Of a DNA stretch of 64,000 nt, positions 24,346 through 35,764 are shown in pieces. A program made the translations under genes and the position numbers. Origin of the DNA: Nemertoderma westbladi (Eukaryota; Animalia; Xenacoelomorpha). Each line of letters begins with the position of its first letter. Position 1 is the first letter of the stretch. The stretch covers positions 12,947 through 76,946 of the forward strand of contig JAUCBJ010007137.1 of NCBI GenBank assembly GCA_032718475.1, written 5' to 3'. Below the pieces are notes generated by a model. That model saw nothing but the letters and a program-made list of their open reading frames with translations, searched no databases and had not been told where the DNA came from.

Positions 24346-26688
24346 TTTGTTCATTAGTTATCTCAATCTATATACATTCATTATCTCAGTGCATTCTATC
24401 TATATCTTTCTGATCTCATTAGTTATTATCTTATCTGTTTGATTTTGTAATAAAAGTTAGAAATACTTGTCAATCTCAGCCCTTTTCTATCTGTTTTACC
24501 ATGGATTCACTACGGTGAACAAACTTAGGGACAGGATGGCCGGCTAGAGATCGGGCCGCAGCAATGAACGGGAACATCGGGGGAATGTAGACGAGAGACA
24601 ACCCGCAATACCATCTTGAGTTATTCGCCCATCGCCTGAAAGGTTAGACAGCGTTCGACGCCTTGCTACCTAAGTATAAGACCAAAAGATCAAAAGGTAG
24701 AAGTAGTGACACGCTGTGAGCCTAAAATTACATCTTAGGGACTGTACTGTCTTGATTCAGGAAAAACCGCAGTAGACCTTCATATTCCTACGGGGAGGGA
24801 GAGAGCGCAGGCAGATACTAGTACGCAGATAGGACGTAGGCACACCGGTACGAAGCATACAAATTGGTAGGGTGCAGCAAACTGTACGCCTAACTCTTGC
24901 TAAGTACAGGTGTGTGTGCGACTATTTGTAGTACGACAGTGTCCATTGCATTAGAACTTGTAGGCTAGGGGGGTTGCTGTGTTTTCACCTGAATTGGGAT
25001 TGTACCGTTCAGGCGGTAGGGCAGTTTACAGCTAGGCGCAAATAAATTGAGGCTATTAGGGATACTAACATCTACCGTGTCCCCGCCAACGCCCTAATAG
25101 GAAGTTACCCGGACTACCTGGGTGACTAAAATTCTAGATAGGAGCCAGGATAGCTATTAGTAACTGTACGCCTACAGTAGTAAACTAACACATCTCTTCT
25201 TAGTATCAGGGACCTGGTACCTAAAATTGCCGAATTCTGGGCGTAGCATTAACCTTATGCCTGAATTTGAGTCCTGGAAATACGCAAGAGGGGAAGGAAC
25301 CTTATCATTCGTGAGTATTGGACCTACAAGTTACAAAATTAGAATATTCGTAAAATGCACACCGTACCCAGTAATTATATATGTGAAGGAGCAAAACTGC
25401 TTTTGACCGTTCAGAATTAACACACGCGCGTTAGAAATTATTTACACCTCAAAATATATAAAATTAACTTTCGTCCTTACTGCACTTTGCTCGCTAGTTA
25501 GACATCTCCAAATATCTGCCTCTGTACCTAGCTAGCGTCCCTTTTGCCCAACCATATAAATCACACCGCGGCAAAGTATACGAGCCCCTTAGTCCGTCAG
25601 TGAGTCAGCCTGATTTTAGGATTCGCTGCGCGGGATTTTGTTTTATCGAAGTTTGTCTGCTCGTAGACTGTTTTCTGCCTCACCGGTTATAAGAGATCGA
25701 TACTGCAATATATTCGCTTACTTAGAGTTTACTGTTTTGGTGAGAAGGTCGGATTTATGATTTGATTCACAAACTTTACAGTAGGATATTGCAGGTATTG
25801 TTACTGTCTCTTCCATAGTAGGAATAGGTATTCTTCCAATAGTAGGAATATGATTATTTTAACATATTTCCTAGAATAGTAGGAATATGTTTTACTGAAC
25901 TACGGTTCGGTAGGACTAAAGTTATTTGAAAATTTTGTATTTTGAGGTAAAAATTTGTATTTGATTAGCTAAGTGCTAATTTTTTGAAATAAAATTTGAT
26001 TTGAACCGCGTGTAAAATATTTTGGAATTGAATACCGGTGTTTAAAAAGGGTTTAAATACCATATTGTACCGGTACAAAATTTTTCGTAAAAGTAAAACC
26101 TAACTCTTTTGTTTTTTCAGGATTCAGAACTCATTTCTAGACTGTAACGGGAGCAAGACCGTGTTTAGCAAGTTTGGGAGATAGATAACTCAACAACTTT
26201 GGTTGGGAAAATCGCGTTTCGTCCGCAACGTTAAAAACGGAAAGGTTCACGTCCGGTTTGTATCTGGGAATCTGTTTTTCTGGAGAATTATTGGAGTGGG
26301 TGAGTTCGAAAAGTTGCATAAATAAGTTAGGCATTACCGTATTAGTTAAAATTATTGTGGGTTCCACTGTCTCAAGTATTTATGCATTCCGTATGATTTC
26401 TTTGTTCATTGCTGAATTAGTCCGTATTATTGTATTTAATTTACCTTTTGATAACGCATATCGTTATCCGATTTATTTGTTATAAAATTGGCCGCTAGGC
26501 TAATTTTATTATATACTTATTCCGTGACATTTATTTGCTGTAAAATTGGCCGTTTAGGCTAATTTTATCCATCTGCTATAAAATCGGCCGGTAGGCTAAT
26601 TTTATATGACTGTAATTAGTACCGTTTAGATAAAATACGGTAAGTTTGATACTTTGACACTCACTTTACTTGACTTACAACTACCGAA

Positions 26689-29600
26689 ATGAGTGACAAA
26701 CAAGACTATACGAAGAATACACCTACCGACTATGACTCATGTGACGCGGATAAGTCAGCAGCGGAAGAACAACAGGGGAAGACTCGCGAGCCTACCGAAC
26801 CTACACCGTGTGCGTCACCAGTACATCCAACGGGAGTACCGGATGCCGTAGTACGAGGCGACGGCAGGACCGAGGACTTTCTAACTGTTCCGCAACCTAG
26901 ATACAGGGAAACGGAATTGGTAAGTTCAGCAGGAAGCACAGAAAGTGTGGTTAGAAGCGTCGGAGGATACATGGCGCATATAACCAGGAGTATTGGAGAA
27001 GGCCAACGCATATTAGACGAGTTGACCGCTCCGATGTCTCGATTCGAGTTCTACACCCTCCAGGTTAGAGTACAAAGTAGAGTACACAAGTCCGTAGATA
27101 ACCTAATTGGTCTACAAGATTTAGCTAGACAGAGACAGGACATGGATACTCAACTTAGAATCCTCGAGAAACTAATGATCGCTAGAGAGAAACTGATTCA
27201 GTTTAAGTCGACGATTAGACAGATACAACAGGAACAAGCGGACCAGTTGTTAGGTGAGTCAGTTTCGGACGAATTATTACAACCCGAGGAAGAACAGGAA
27301 CTGTACCGACTGGATGGACAATTGAAACACCTGACGGATCACTTACGTATGTGCGGCGAGGATGTCGGAGATTGGGAAACCGTGCCGGAGGCTACGAGGG
27401 AAACTTCATTCGCACAAATCGAATCGGCACCGGGAATACTAAATCAATCATTGGTAAGTATTCGTAGCGAAATCTGCGAGGGAAGTATGGTCACGTCAGA
27501 AGTTGCTCGACAACAACAAGAATTCTACCGACAACGACGAGAAATGGAGGAACAAGCTCAACTTCTAGTGATGCAGGCAGCAGTAGAGGAAGAGAAGCTA
27601 CGCGTTGCGAATATAGCGAGAATCTCTCATCTACAGGAACAAGCTGAATTAGAAGCAGCTGAAGTAGAAAGGTTAGAGGTAGACATTGCCCGACAAGCGG
27701 CAGCGGCAGCGGCCGAGGTAGAGCGACAAGCGGCAGCGGCAGCGGCCGAGGTAGAGCGACAAGCGGCAGCGGCAGCAGCCGAGTCAGAGCGACAAGCGGC
27801 AGCGGCAGCGGTGGAATTAAAACGAAAAAGGTTAGTTTTGGAAGCACGGGCCGAAATGAAAACACGGCAAATAAAAGCTCAATCCGCTATACGACAAGCG
27901 GAGTTTGAGGCGCAACAACAACAAACGGAACAACGAGAGAAGACAGCTAAACTTCATTTCGAACTCGAGAAGAAGGCGAGAGAATTAGCGAACGCCGAGG
28001 AAGATCTGGATCAAAAGGCCCGCGATCGATCGATGAGATCTCGAGACGGACATGACTTGGACCAGATAGAAGTAAGACATCGCCAAATTCAGGAACGAAA
28101 GAAGGAAGGAAGCGTAGGAGCACCCGGACGGGAACGACAATTAGTAAAAGACTTGTGTCAACGATTCCCACAGGTAACTCATATGTTTGCACCAGTTATG
28201 ACTAAGGAACCTGTTTCGATTGCTGGTAGCAGTGATATTTCTCCTATCCATGGTGCGACGGAACACAGGTTTGTTATTCCGGACAAGTTTACACCGCCAA
28301 GAGCAACGTCGTCGCCTATTCCGAAAGTTAAGGTAAGTAACCCACCGATTACAGATCGTAGTAGTTTATTGACCGGACCTGCACTACTAACGACTAAACA
28401 GGTGAGTCCACCGTCGACACCTAAACCCGTTACACACTACGCTTACCCAATGACGTTTCGACCCACAAGGCCAGTTGTTTCAAACGCTGTCATTCGCCCA
28501 CCGTTCAATCAGTGTACATCGCAATCTACGACTTCGAGGAAGACTTGTGAGCCTACCGAACAATGGAGAACAGTGGATACGCGACCGTTCAATCAGTGTA
28601 CATCGCAATCTACGACTTCGAGGAAGACTTGTGAGCCTACCGAACAACGGAGATCAGTGGACGATGTTCCAAAGCGAAACGTTAGAATTCGTACGACGCA
28701 ACGGACGCGAGCACGTCGACCGCCATACCCAGATGATAGTAGTACTTCGAGCGAATCGGATTACCCGAAACGCGAGGTATTTAGAACAGGGGCGGCCGAT
28801 GAATATAAACGCGAGCGTTCAGACAACTCCTTTGTAGACAATCCTCCACAGAATACACCAACACCGAAGGCGTTACAACCAACGGACGCAATAAGTACAC
28901 AACAGTTCGCCGACATCCTGCGACCAGTTGTTAACAAGTTGGCTCAGATCGAGGAACGTCTGGAGGAAGGTTACACCGACAGTTCGAGAAATTCCGAATT
29001 CGAACACAATAGACACCCGAAGGAACCACAAAGACCGGTACCTTCAAAACATACATCGTATCAGGGAAAAGCGCCAAGAAGGGAGAACATCAACCTGGTT
29101 ACCAACCAAGGACGCGAAACTCTGAACGTTGCCGAGGAGATAGCGAAATTCGCAGCCAGACAAGGATTGCCGGTACAACAACCACCGAAGTTTTCCGGTA
29201 GCTCAAAACACTGGCACACCTTTGTAGACTATATCGAATCCCAGATCGCCGTGTGCGCCTTTACATCACGGGAGAAGTTCAATTACCTGCTCCAAACGTT
29301 GTCAGGAGAACCTAAACGTTTGGCAGAGACCTTCGTTGGTGTACCGGACGCCTTCGAACCAGCATACGATCGTTTAACTTCGATATACGGAGGTACAGTC
29401 AGTATGGCCAGGTCAGTAATAGAGGAACTCTGTAAGGGAGGGGCTATCACTAAACCCGTCGACTTATTAAAACTGGCTGACGAGATAAGGAACGCTATCA
29501 CTACTTTAAGATCCATTGGACAGCTTGACTACGGGAATACCCCTACAGTCCTATTAAAGATCATAGGACGACTCCACCATCGACTTCGTCGGGAGTGGAG

Positions 29601-30744
29601 AAAGATCGAATACCAGCGAGAAGAGCGGGGTGGATTCTTAAAACTGGAGGACGTGTACCTTCTAATATCCAGGGAGGCAGTAGTAGAAACTCGATCCAAC
29701 TACACTGACCAGCACATCGTGGCAGAAGGAATCACATTGCCATCCTCCAACCGACAAAAACCCCAGACAACATCCACCAAGACGGCCACTTACGCCACAC
29801 CGACGGAATCACGACAATTCTCGGACGGTAGTAGGGTATCTGCGCCCATTGGGACAAAACAGACGAGACAACAACTCAGTACCGACTTCAGCGGCTGCCA
29901 ATACTGCGAGCATTTAGGCAAGCGGTATATCGGTCACAAGTTGCGAGGTTGTCGACAGTTTCGCGAGTTGAACTCGGAAGAACGACGGCTGCAAATACGA
30001 CCATTGGACTCTTGTTGGCAGTGTACGCGACACGGACACGTCCGTAAAGATTGCCCAAATACCGACACTTGTCCATCCTGTGGACGCAACCACGACGGTC
30101 TGCTCCACACAGACAGCCACACACCGACAAAACGCTTCGCCAGGGAACACCCGGAAGCAGCAGCGAGATGTGATGCGGCCTACAGAAAACGAGAATCGAA
30201 AACGACTCCAACCTTCGTGACCCATATTGAGGATTGCTTCTCAGAACAATCCGGATCGTCGGACGAAGAGTCAGAAGACGACGACGTATATTCGGATGGA
30301 GATGACCAACCATCGATCGCGCTTCTGACGACTGACCAACTAAAGGGATTTAGTGTAATTCCGATTAAGATTACTGGCACAAAGGGGAGTAAGAGAATCT
30401 ACGCGATTCTAGATTCAGCCTCATCTCACAGCTACGTGGATGAAAAGATAGCTGACGTCGTGACGGATCTCAGACAAGGTAAGCGCGTCAGTTATACTGT
30501 AAGTAGTATGCACGGACAGCGTGCAATACCAGTGACACGAGTCAAGTTAAACTTAGACTCCCTTCTTCCGAAATCGCAACACAGCGAGAGGGAGAGGTCT
30601 TTGTTACCCTTCAAGGATTTGACCTTTGCGGCCACAAAAGACTTTAGTAACCTACTAGGTCCAGTCCCAGAACAATCCTTGGAGGACCGTAAGTATTTCA
30701 GAAACTTGGTGTACCCGAATGTCCTGTCAATTATAGATCGGTAG
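26689..30744 (+). CDS. Element A Gag-protease (long coiled-coil N-terminus)
   Basis: PPKFSG..WHTF BEL gag core; knuckles CQYC..H..C, CWQCTRHGHVRKDC and CPSCGRNHDGLLH; protease AILDSASSHSYV. Frameshift near 30710 relative to element B. Confidence 0.9.
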   Translation: MSDKQDYTKNTPTDYDSCDADKSAAEEQQGKTREPTEPTPCASPVHPTGVPDAVVRGDGRTEDFLTVPQPRYRETELVSSAGSTESVVRSVGGYMAHITRSIGEGQRILDELTAPMSRFEFYTLQVRVQSRVHKSVDNLIGLQDLARQRQDMDTQLRILEKLMIAREKLIQFKSTIRQIQQEQADQLLGESVSDELLQPEEEQELYRLDGQLKHLTDHLRMCGEDVGDWETVPEATRETSFAQIESAPGILNQSLVSIRSEICEGSMVTSEVARQQQEFYRQRREMEEQAQLLVMQAAVEEEKLRVANIARISHLQEQAELEAAEVERLEVDIARQAAAAAAEVERQAAAAAAEVERQAAAAAAESERQAAAAAVELKRKRLVLEARAEMKTRQIKAQSAIRQAEFEAQQQQTEQREKTAKLHFELEKKARELANAEEDLDQKARDRSMRSRDGHDLDQIEVRHRQIQERKKEGSVGAPGRERQLVKDLCQRFPQVTHMFAPVMTKEPVSIAGSSDISPIHGATEHRFVIPDKFTPPRATSSPIPKVKVSNPPITDRSSLLTGPALLTTKQVSPPSTPKPVTHYAYPMTFRPTRPVVSNAVIRPPFNQCTSQSTTSRKTCEPTEQWRTVDTRPFNQCTSQSTTSRKTCEPTEQRRSVDDVPKRNVRIRTTQRTRARRPPYPDDSSTSSESDYPKREVFRTGAADEYKRERSDNSFVDNPPQNTPTPKALQPTDAISTQQFADILRPVVNKLAQIEERLEEGYTDSSRNSEFEHNRHPKEPQRPVPSKHTSYQGKAPRRENINLVTNQGRETLNVAEEIAKFAARQGLPVQQPPKFSGSSKHWHTFVDYIESQIAVCAFTSREKFNYLLQTLSGEPKRLAETFVGVPDAFEPAYDRLTSIYGGTVSMARSVIEELCKGGAITKPVDLLKLADEIRNAITTLRSIGQLDYGNTPTVLLKIIGRLHHRLRREWRKIEYQREERGGFLKLEDVYLLISREAVVETRSNYTDQHIVAEGITLPSSNRQKPQTTSTKTATYATPTESRQFSDGSRVSAPIGTKQTRQQLSTDFSGCQYCEHLGKRYIGHKLRGCRQFRELNSEERRLQIRPLDSCWQCTRHGHVRKDCPNTDTCPSCGRNHDGLLHTDSHTPTKRFAREHPEAAARCDAAYRKRESKTTPTFVTHIEDCFSEQSGSSDEESEDDDVYSDGDDQPSIALLTTDQLKGFSVIPIKITGTKGSKRIYAILDSASSHSYVDEKIADVVTDLRQGKRVSYTVSSMHGQRAIPVTRVKLNLDSLLPKSQHSERERSLLPFKDLTFAATKDFSNLLGPVPEQSLEDRKYFRNLVYPNVLSIIDR

Positions 30745-30746
30745 CC

Positions 30747-31604
30747 ATGCTGATCGGGACAGACCAATTCAACCTACACCAAGTGTGGGAAACCAGACCA
30801 TCGGCAGTCGTAGCGGGAAACGCATACGCATGTAGAACGCCGATAGGGTGGTATACTCGAGCGCCTGTGCGCACACTGGACATAAGTGACGAGGAAGACG
30901 ATGTACAAAGTACATGTAGTTTATTAACTACAAATTCAATTCATTCCTTCTCACACGACGTGAACCATACTACACTACAGTCGACAAAACGTGACAGACG
31001 TGTGACTAGTATGATAAGTCACAAGGAGCAGCTAATCCACCAGCAGAGTTTAGAACTTGGGGAGAAGACGAGTCAGTCAGAGATTCCATCGACGACAGAT
31101 GATAACGCCGGAAGGCTTGCGAGTCTACCTACCCCAATAACCTCAACAATGCCCGTCGAGATCGACGATGACGCGTTGAGAAATCATCAAATGGAACAAG
31201 CTGCACTGGACAAGGAATTAACGGAGAAGACTATCAGGTGGTTAGAACAAGATACAGCTGAACCTGGTAGCTACGAACCTTGTATGTCGGAGCAGGAGAA
31301 ACAATCTCTGAAGATCATGGAAGATACTATCCGACAGACGGAGGACGGACATTACGAGGTGGGGATGTTATGGCGTAGCCAAAGTCCTAAACTTATAAAC
31401 AACTACCCACTAGCGTTAAGACGTCTACACTCAATCCGACAACGTCTATTAAAAGACGAGAAAGCCCATCTGCAGTATAACACTCAGATGGAGACGTATT
31501 TGACAAAGGGATACGCTATCCGAATGACTAACCCGGAGCGAGTGACCGACCAGACGTACTACTTGCCACATCACTACGTACCTAAAGAGGTGAGGTCTCT
31601 ATAG
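30747..31604 (+). pseudogene. Element A pol, protease-RT linker, truncated at the start of RT
   Basis: LIGTD, TPIGW, GHYEVGMLW, YYLPHHYV; homology to B then stops at ~31580. Confidence 0.85.
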
Positions 31605-32739
31605 GGGTGCGTAGAACAGGCGGCGGCGGACTCGTGAGGGTCTGGGGGCACGTTAAATCTGTGGCAAAGTGCAAGGGAGATACTTAAGGCCCTCGTGTCT
31701 AACGAACCATGAATCGACATGGTGCCGTGGTACCGTCTAGTCGGCCTGTTGCCGTACTGCCAGTCCTGTACACAGTAGGGGTGGTGGCATGGCGTGATTT
31801 GTGGCTCATGTGGTGTGAACTATGTTTTGTATGTGGGCAATCAGTGGCAGTTTGCTTGGGGCTTGGATGGTTCCATTGACCGTCAGCTGTTCCGTTTTTT
31901 TGATACTATATGTTATTGTCTCCATGTTCAGCTGATTGGTCTTTGGTGGCATTGGAATAAACCGTCGGGTCTTGAGTTTTCTGTTGCTGTGGGTACGTGA
32001 GTACACGTGATTGTATGTGTGGCCACTGCGAGTGGGTATGGGAACCCTTGCCAGTTGGACAAGACGCCGCTGGTATTAGTAGGACCATACTTTACTGCGC
32101 CCCAGCATACTTTGTGCACACAAAGTTATTTTACCCTGTCGGTAAAATAAGGTACTCTCGATTTTGCCGTTTGTCGATACAATTTTGTCCCCTCTGATTT
32201 TGTCTTTCTCGATTTTGACCCCGATTTTGTCCTTACCCGATTATGTCATCTGTGTGTGCATGGTATGTGTCAGATTTTGTGTTTACCGTAGTGTACTTGA
32301 TTTCGTGAACATCTGTTGAGTACACGTGTACAGGACGGGTAAGTGGTTACTTGTTCCTAGCTTTCGAGCTAGTCAGTATTGTTGAGGAACGGTGTCCCCT
32401 CAATACTGCCGGCGAGGCAGGTGAAAACGTGTCAATATTCCATGTTGGGTAGCGCAAGCCCGCTTGGGACAAGACCGTCGGTTAGGCCCAAGGGCGACCT
32501 TGGTGCTCGATCGCTATCGACTGGTCCACCTGCCGGTTGACTCTTTGTTATACTTTGAGTTAGCTCAATGTACAGTCAGGCCACAGTAAGTTGACAGTAG
32601 CCGCCCATCTGGCTACACGTTCGACGAGCTGTGCTGGTGTGATCGGGGGACCGAAAACAGAACCCGGGAAGCATCAGGCCACCCTCCGGCCCGGTCTGAT
32701 AATAACATCTGTCGGACTGGCCCCAAGGGTGGTGGAAAG

Positions 32740-35103
32740 GTGTCCGCCTCGTGGGTGCGCCTCGGGGAGGAGCCCAGAAGGACACAAGTGAACACTATCC
32801 CTAAGGACGCGGAAATCAAGAAACCAAAAAAGGGGAAGGCAAAGAAAAAGACAACGGCGGCAAAACTCAAGAAAAAACTGAAGGCGAAATGGAAAGATAT
32901 AACTTCAAAGGTCAAGAGAGGAAGACTTGCGAGCCTTTCTACACCAGACATATCGCCAGACGGTCAACCAGATACGTTACTAGACGGTCAATCAGACATT
33001 CTACCAGACATTAGTAACGCATTGACAAACAGTAAAGCCGCAGTTTCTCTGTTGGAGCGGCCTTCTATTGACAAACAACCAGATACGTTACCAGACGTAT
33101 CGCCAGACACATTACTAGACAGTCGACTAGACACTAGTAACGTACTGACAAATAGTGAAGCCGCAGTTTCCCTATTGGAGCGGCCTTGTATTGACAAACT
33201 ACCAATTTTGACACACTTGAGCAACCATAAGCACGGTGAAACCTCATGTATTACAGATGTGGGTAGTACCTACGCTAATGTAAATACAGGTGTTACTTTG
33301 CGCTCAAGAGACATACCGAACTTGCAACCTATGGTAAAACCTGGGATTAATGTCGGCAGAAAATTAAGTTTACCGAAACCTGCTGACCCCATAGAGTTCA
33401 AACCACCATTAACGATCGACTTACAAAGTACCGACAATCAAGGTAAGAAGACGAAGAAGGACAAATTACTTGTAGACCCGGACGGATCAACAGTCAACAA
33501 GGGAATACTTACCGGCGGACCCGTGGGCCCTTCTAGTAATTCAAAACCTTCCAAAATCTCCATTGACTTACCTGATGACGTCACAAATACTCACGTCGAC
33601 CGGATTGTAAACTTAACAGACTCTTGGTCAAACGCTTGCCGAAAGTTAGCGTGGATTGTACGTTTTGTACAATACGTTAAAGGCAAACGTGACTTTACAC
33701 GTCGACTTACATTGGCTGAGATTGACAGGTGTGAAATTAAATTAATTCGCCATTACCAACTGCGATATTTCGCACGCGAATTCACATCTATAAATCAAGG
33801 CCTACCAATCAAGTCGTCACCAATACTGAGTTGGAGTCCGATTATTTATAATGGCTTAATTTGTCATAAATCTCGGCTTCAAAACATTGACTTTAACACA
33901 AACTTTAGGTACCCAATAATAATACCGCAACACCACGAACTACAACGTGCAATGATACTGGACGCACATTTACATCTGAAACACGCTGGAAGACACCACT
34001 GTCTTTCCTACTTACGTACAAGATTTGTATTAATTAGACCCAGTAAAGCGTTAAGTTCAGTGACACGTACGTGTATTATTTGTAAAAAGGTACACTCTAG
34101 AATAGGTACCCAAGAAATGAGTGAACTACCACAAGCACGACTTCAAGCATTCAGACCACCTTTTACAGAGACTGGAATTGATTGCTTTGGTCCCATACAT
34201 ACGAAACGTGGACGTATACTAGTAAAACGCTGGGGACTGATTTTCACATGTATGTCCAGTAGGGCAGTTCATATTGAACGTGTGATGGATCTTTCCACTA
34301 ACGCGTTTATACTAGCACTGCGGCGATTTATCGCTAGACGCGGACTAGTAAAATGCTTGTACTCAGACCAAGGGACAATCTTTGTTGGTGCTCGGAATGA
34401 GATTGCTAGAGCCTTTAAGAAATTAGATCATGATCAAATCTCGAACGAACTACAACCTCACAAGATTGTTTGGAAGTTCAATCCTCCAGATAGTCCTTGG
34501 AGAGGCGGAGTCTGGGAGAGATTGATTAGAGCTATAAAGACAGCCATGGCAAAAGTCATTCCAGTAAACCACATATTGACAGACGACCAACTGACAACAT
34601 TGTTTGTTGAAATCGAGGCAATACTAAATACTAGACCAATAGTATTAGTACCCGATGACAAACAATCTCAGTTTGCTTTGACACCGGCACACCTGCTTAT
34701 GCAGGCACCGACAACTTTGACACCTATTTCTATTCCAATAGAAAGTGACAGCTACGGTAGAAAAGCGTGGAAAATCACGCAACTACTGGCTAACAAATTC
34801 TGGGAAATATGGCAAAACCATTATTTGCCCTCTATTTCTGCCAGAACAAACTGGTACAATAACACCCGCGCATTAAAGCCGGGAGATCACGTGCTGTTAG
34901 CGGAAGTGAATCTAAAAAGACGCTTCTGGATAACAGGTGTAATTTTAGCCACACATCCATCTATGGATGGAGTGACAAGAACTGTGACGGTACGGACAAT
35001 TGACGGTCGTACAGTAGACAGACCGACTCAACGTCTCGTACTTCTTGAAGAGACTCGTAACGAGTCTGGAGACTACAAATCTCCACCTAATACTAGTAAA
35101 TAA
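32740..35103 (+). CDS. Element A pol C-terminus: spacer + integrase
   Basis: AHLHLKH..CIIC, GIDCFGP, RAVHIE, YSDQG, GGVWERLI, LNTRP. Homology to B resumes at ~32790, so the listed start is not a true start. Confidence 0.9.
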   Translation: MSASWVRLGEEPRRTQVNTIPKDAEIKKPKKGKAKKKTTAAKLKKKLKAKWKDITSKVKRGRLASLSTPDISPDGQPDTLLDGQSDILPDISNALTNSKAAVSLLERPSIDKQPDTLPDVSPDTLLDSRLDTSNVLTNSEAAVSLLERPCIDKLPILTHLSNHKHGETSCITDVGSTYANVNTGVTLRSRDIPNLQPMVKPGINVGRKLSLPKPADPIEFKPPLTIDLQSTDNQGKKTKKDKLLVDPDGSTVNKGILTGGPVGPSSNSKPSKISIDLPDDVTNTHVDRIVNLTDSWSNACRKLAWIVRFVQYVKGKRDFTRRLTLAEIDRCEIKLIRHYQLRYFAREFTSINQGLPIKSSPILSWSPIIYNGLICHKSRLQNIDFNTNFRYPIIIPQHHELQRAMILDAHLHLKHAGRHHCLSYLRTRFVLIRPSKALSSVTRTCIICKKVHSRIGTQEMSELPQARLQAFRPPFTETGIDCFGPIHTKRGRILVKRWGLIFTCMSSRAVHIERVMDLSTNAFILALRRFIARRGLVKCLYSDQGTIFVGARNEIARAFKKLDHDQISNELQPHKIVWKFNPPDSPWRGGVWERLIRAIKTAMAKVIPVNHILTDDQLTTLFVEIEAILNTRPIVLVPDDKQSQFALTPAHLLMQAPTTLTPISIPIESDSYGRKAWKITQLLANKFWEIWQNHYLPSISARTNWYNNTRALKPGDHVLLAEVNLKRRFWITGVILATHPSMDGVTRTVTVRTIDGRTVDRPTQRLVLLEETRNESGDYKSPPNTSK

Positions 35104-35764
35104 TTAGGAGTTTACAAATAGATTTCCACGTACCTGTACACCGTAGTAAAGACAGCGGTAGAATTCCATTGTCTTTATATGTGAACATTGAGGGTAGTAC
35201 CCTTATGTGTCACATAGGAGCGGGATTTGTAGGTATAAGAAATGGAATTCTACTTGGAACTCACAATATTGAGACATTTTCGAAATTTTAGACAATCCAT
35301 TTGGATTTGAAAATTTGTAAAAAATTTTCTCCAGTGAATAGATTTCAGGGTACAGTCGGGTGGAACTTAAAATTAGAGAAACAAGAGAGGAAGACTTGCG
35401 AGCCTTTCTTAAAATTTTAATTAAATTTTACACGGTCTTGTTTCAATAAGTTACGTCAATAAATAGACTCCCCTATATTTATTACTAATTCTTGACTGCT
35501 TATTTTCTGATAATAGTTTGGGATCAAAAAGTGAGTATTTTAGACTCACGGCCAGTTTAGCCCAAATTCGTTTTATTTCGGCAAAAAATTTTAGATAAGA
35601 AGCAGCGTGTCATTAAAGAAACCCTAGATCTTAGGCTATGGGTAGGAGGTTAGAGCGTTGTCGAGCCCAAAGGGCAGACGAAACTCTCACGTCTCCTCAC
35701 AACTAACTACAAACTCTGTTGTATTCCCTCTAGTAGTAATGATTATGTAACTACACCCCTAATT

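Larger units (their letters stand above)
23920..25817 (+). repeat. Element A 5' LTR
   Basis: Near-identical to 40436-42334, with scattered substitutions and 1-bp indels. Confidence 0.92.

Noticed and set aside
32640-32780. Ribozyme in the GC-rich end of the 1.2-kb insert
   Set aside because: No complete hammerhead (CUGAUGA...GAAA) or HDV fold could be traced by eye.
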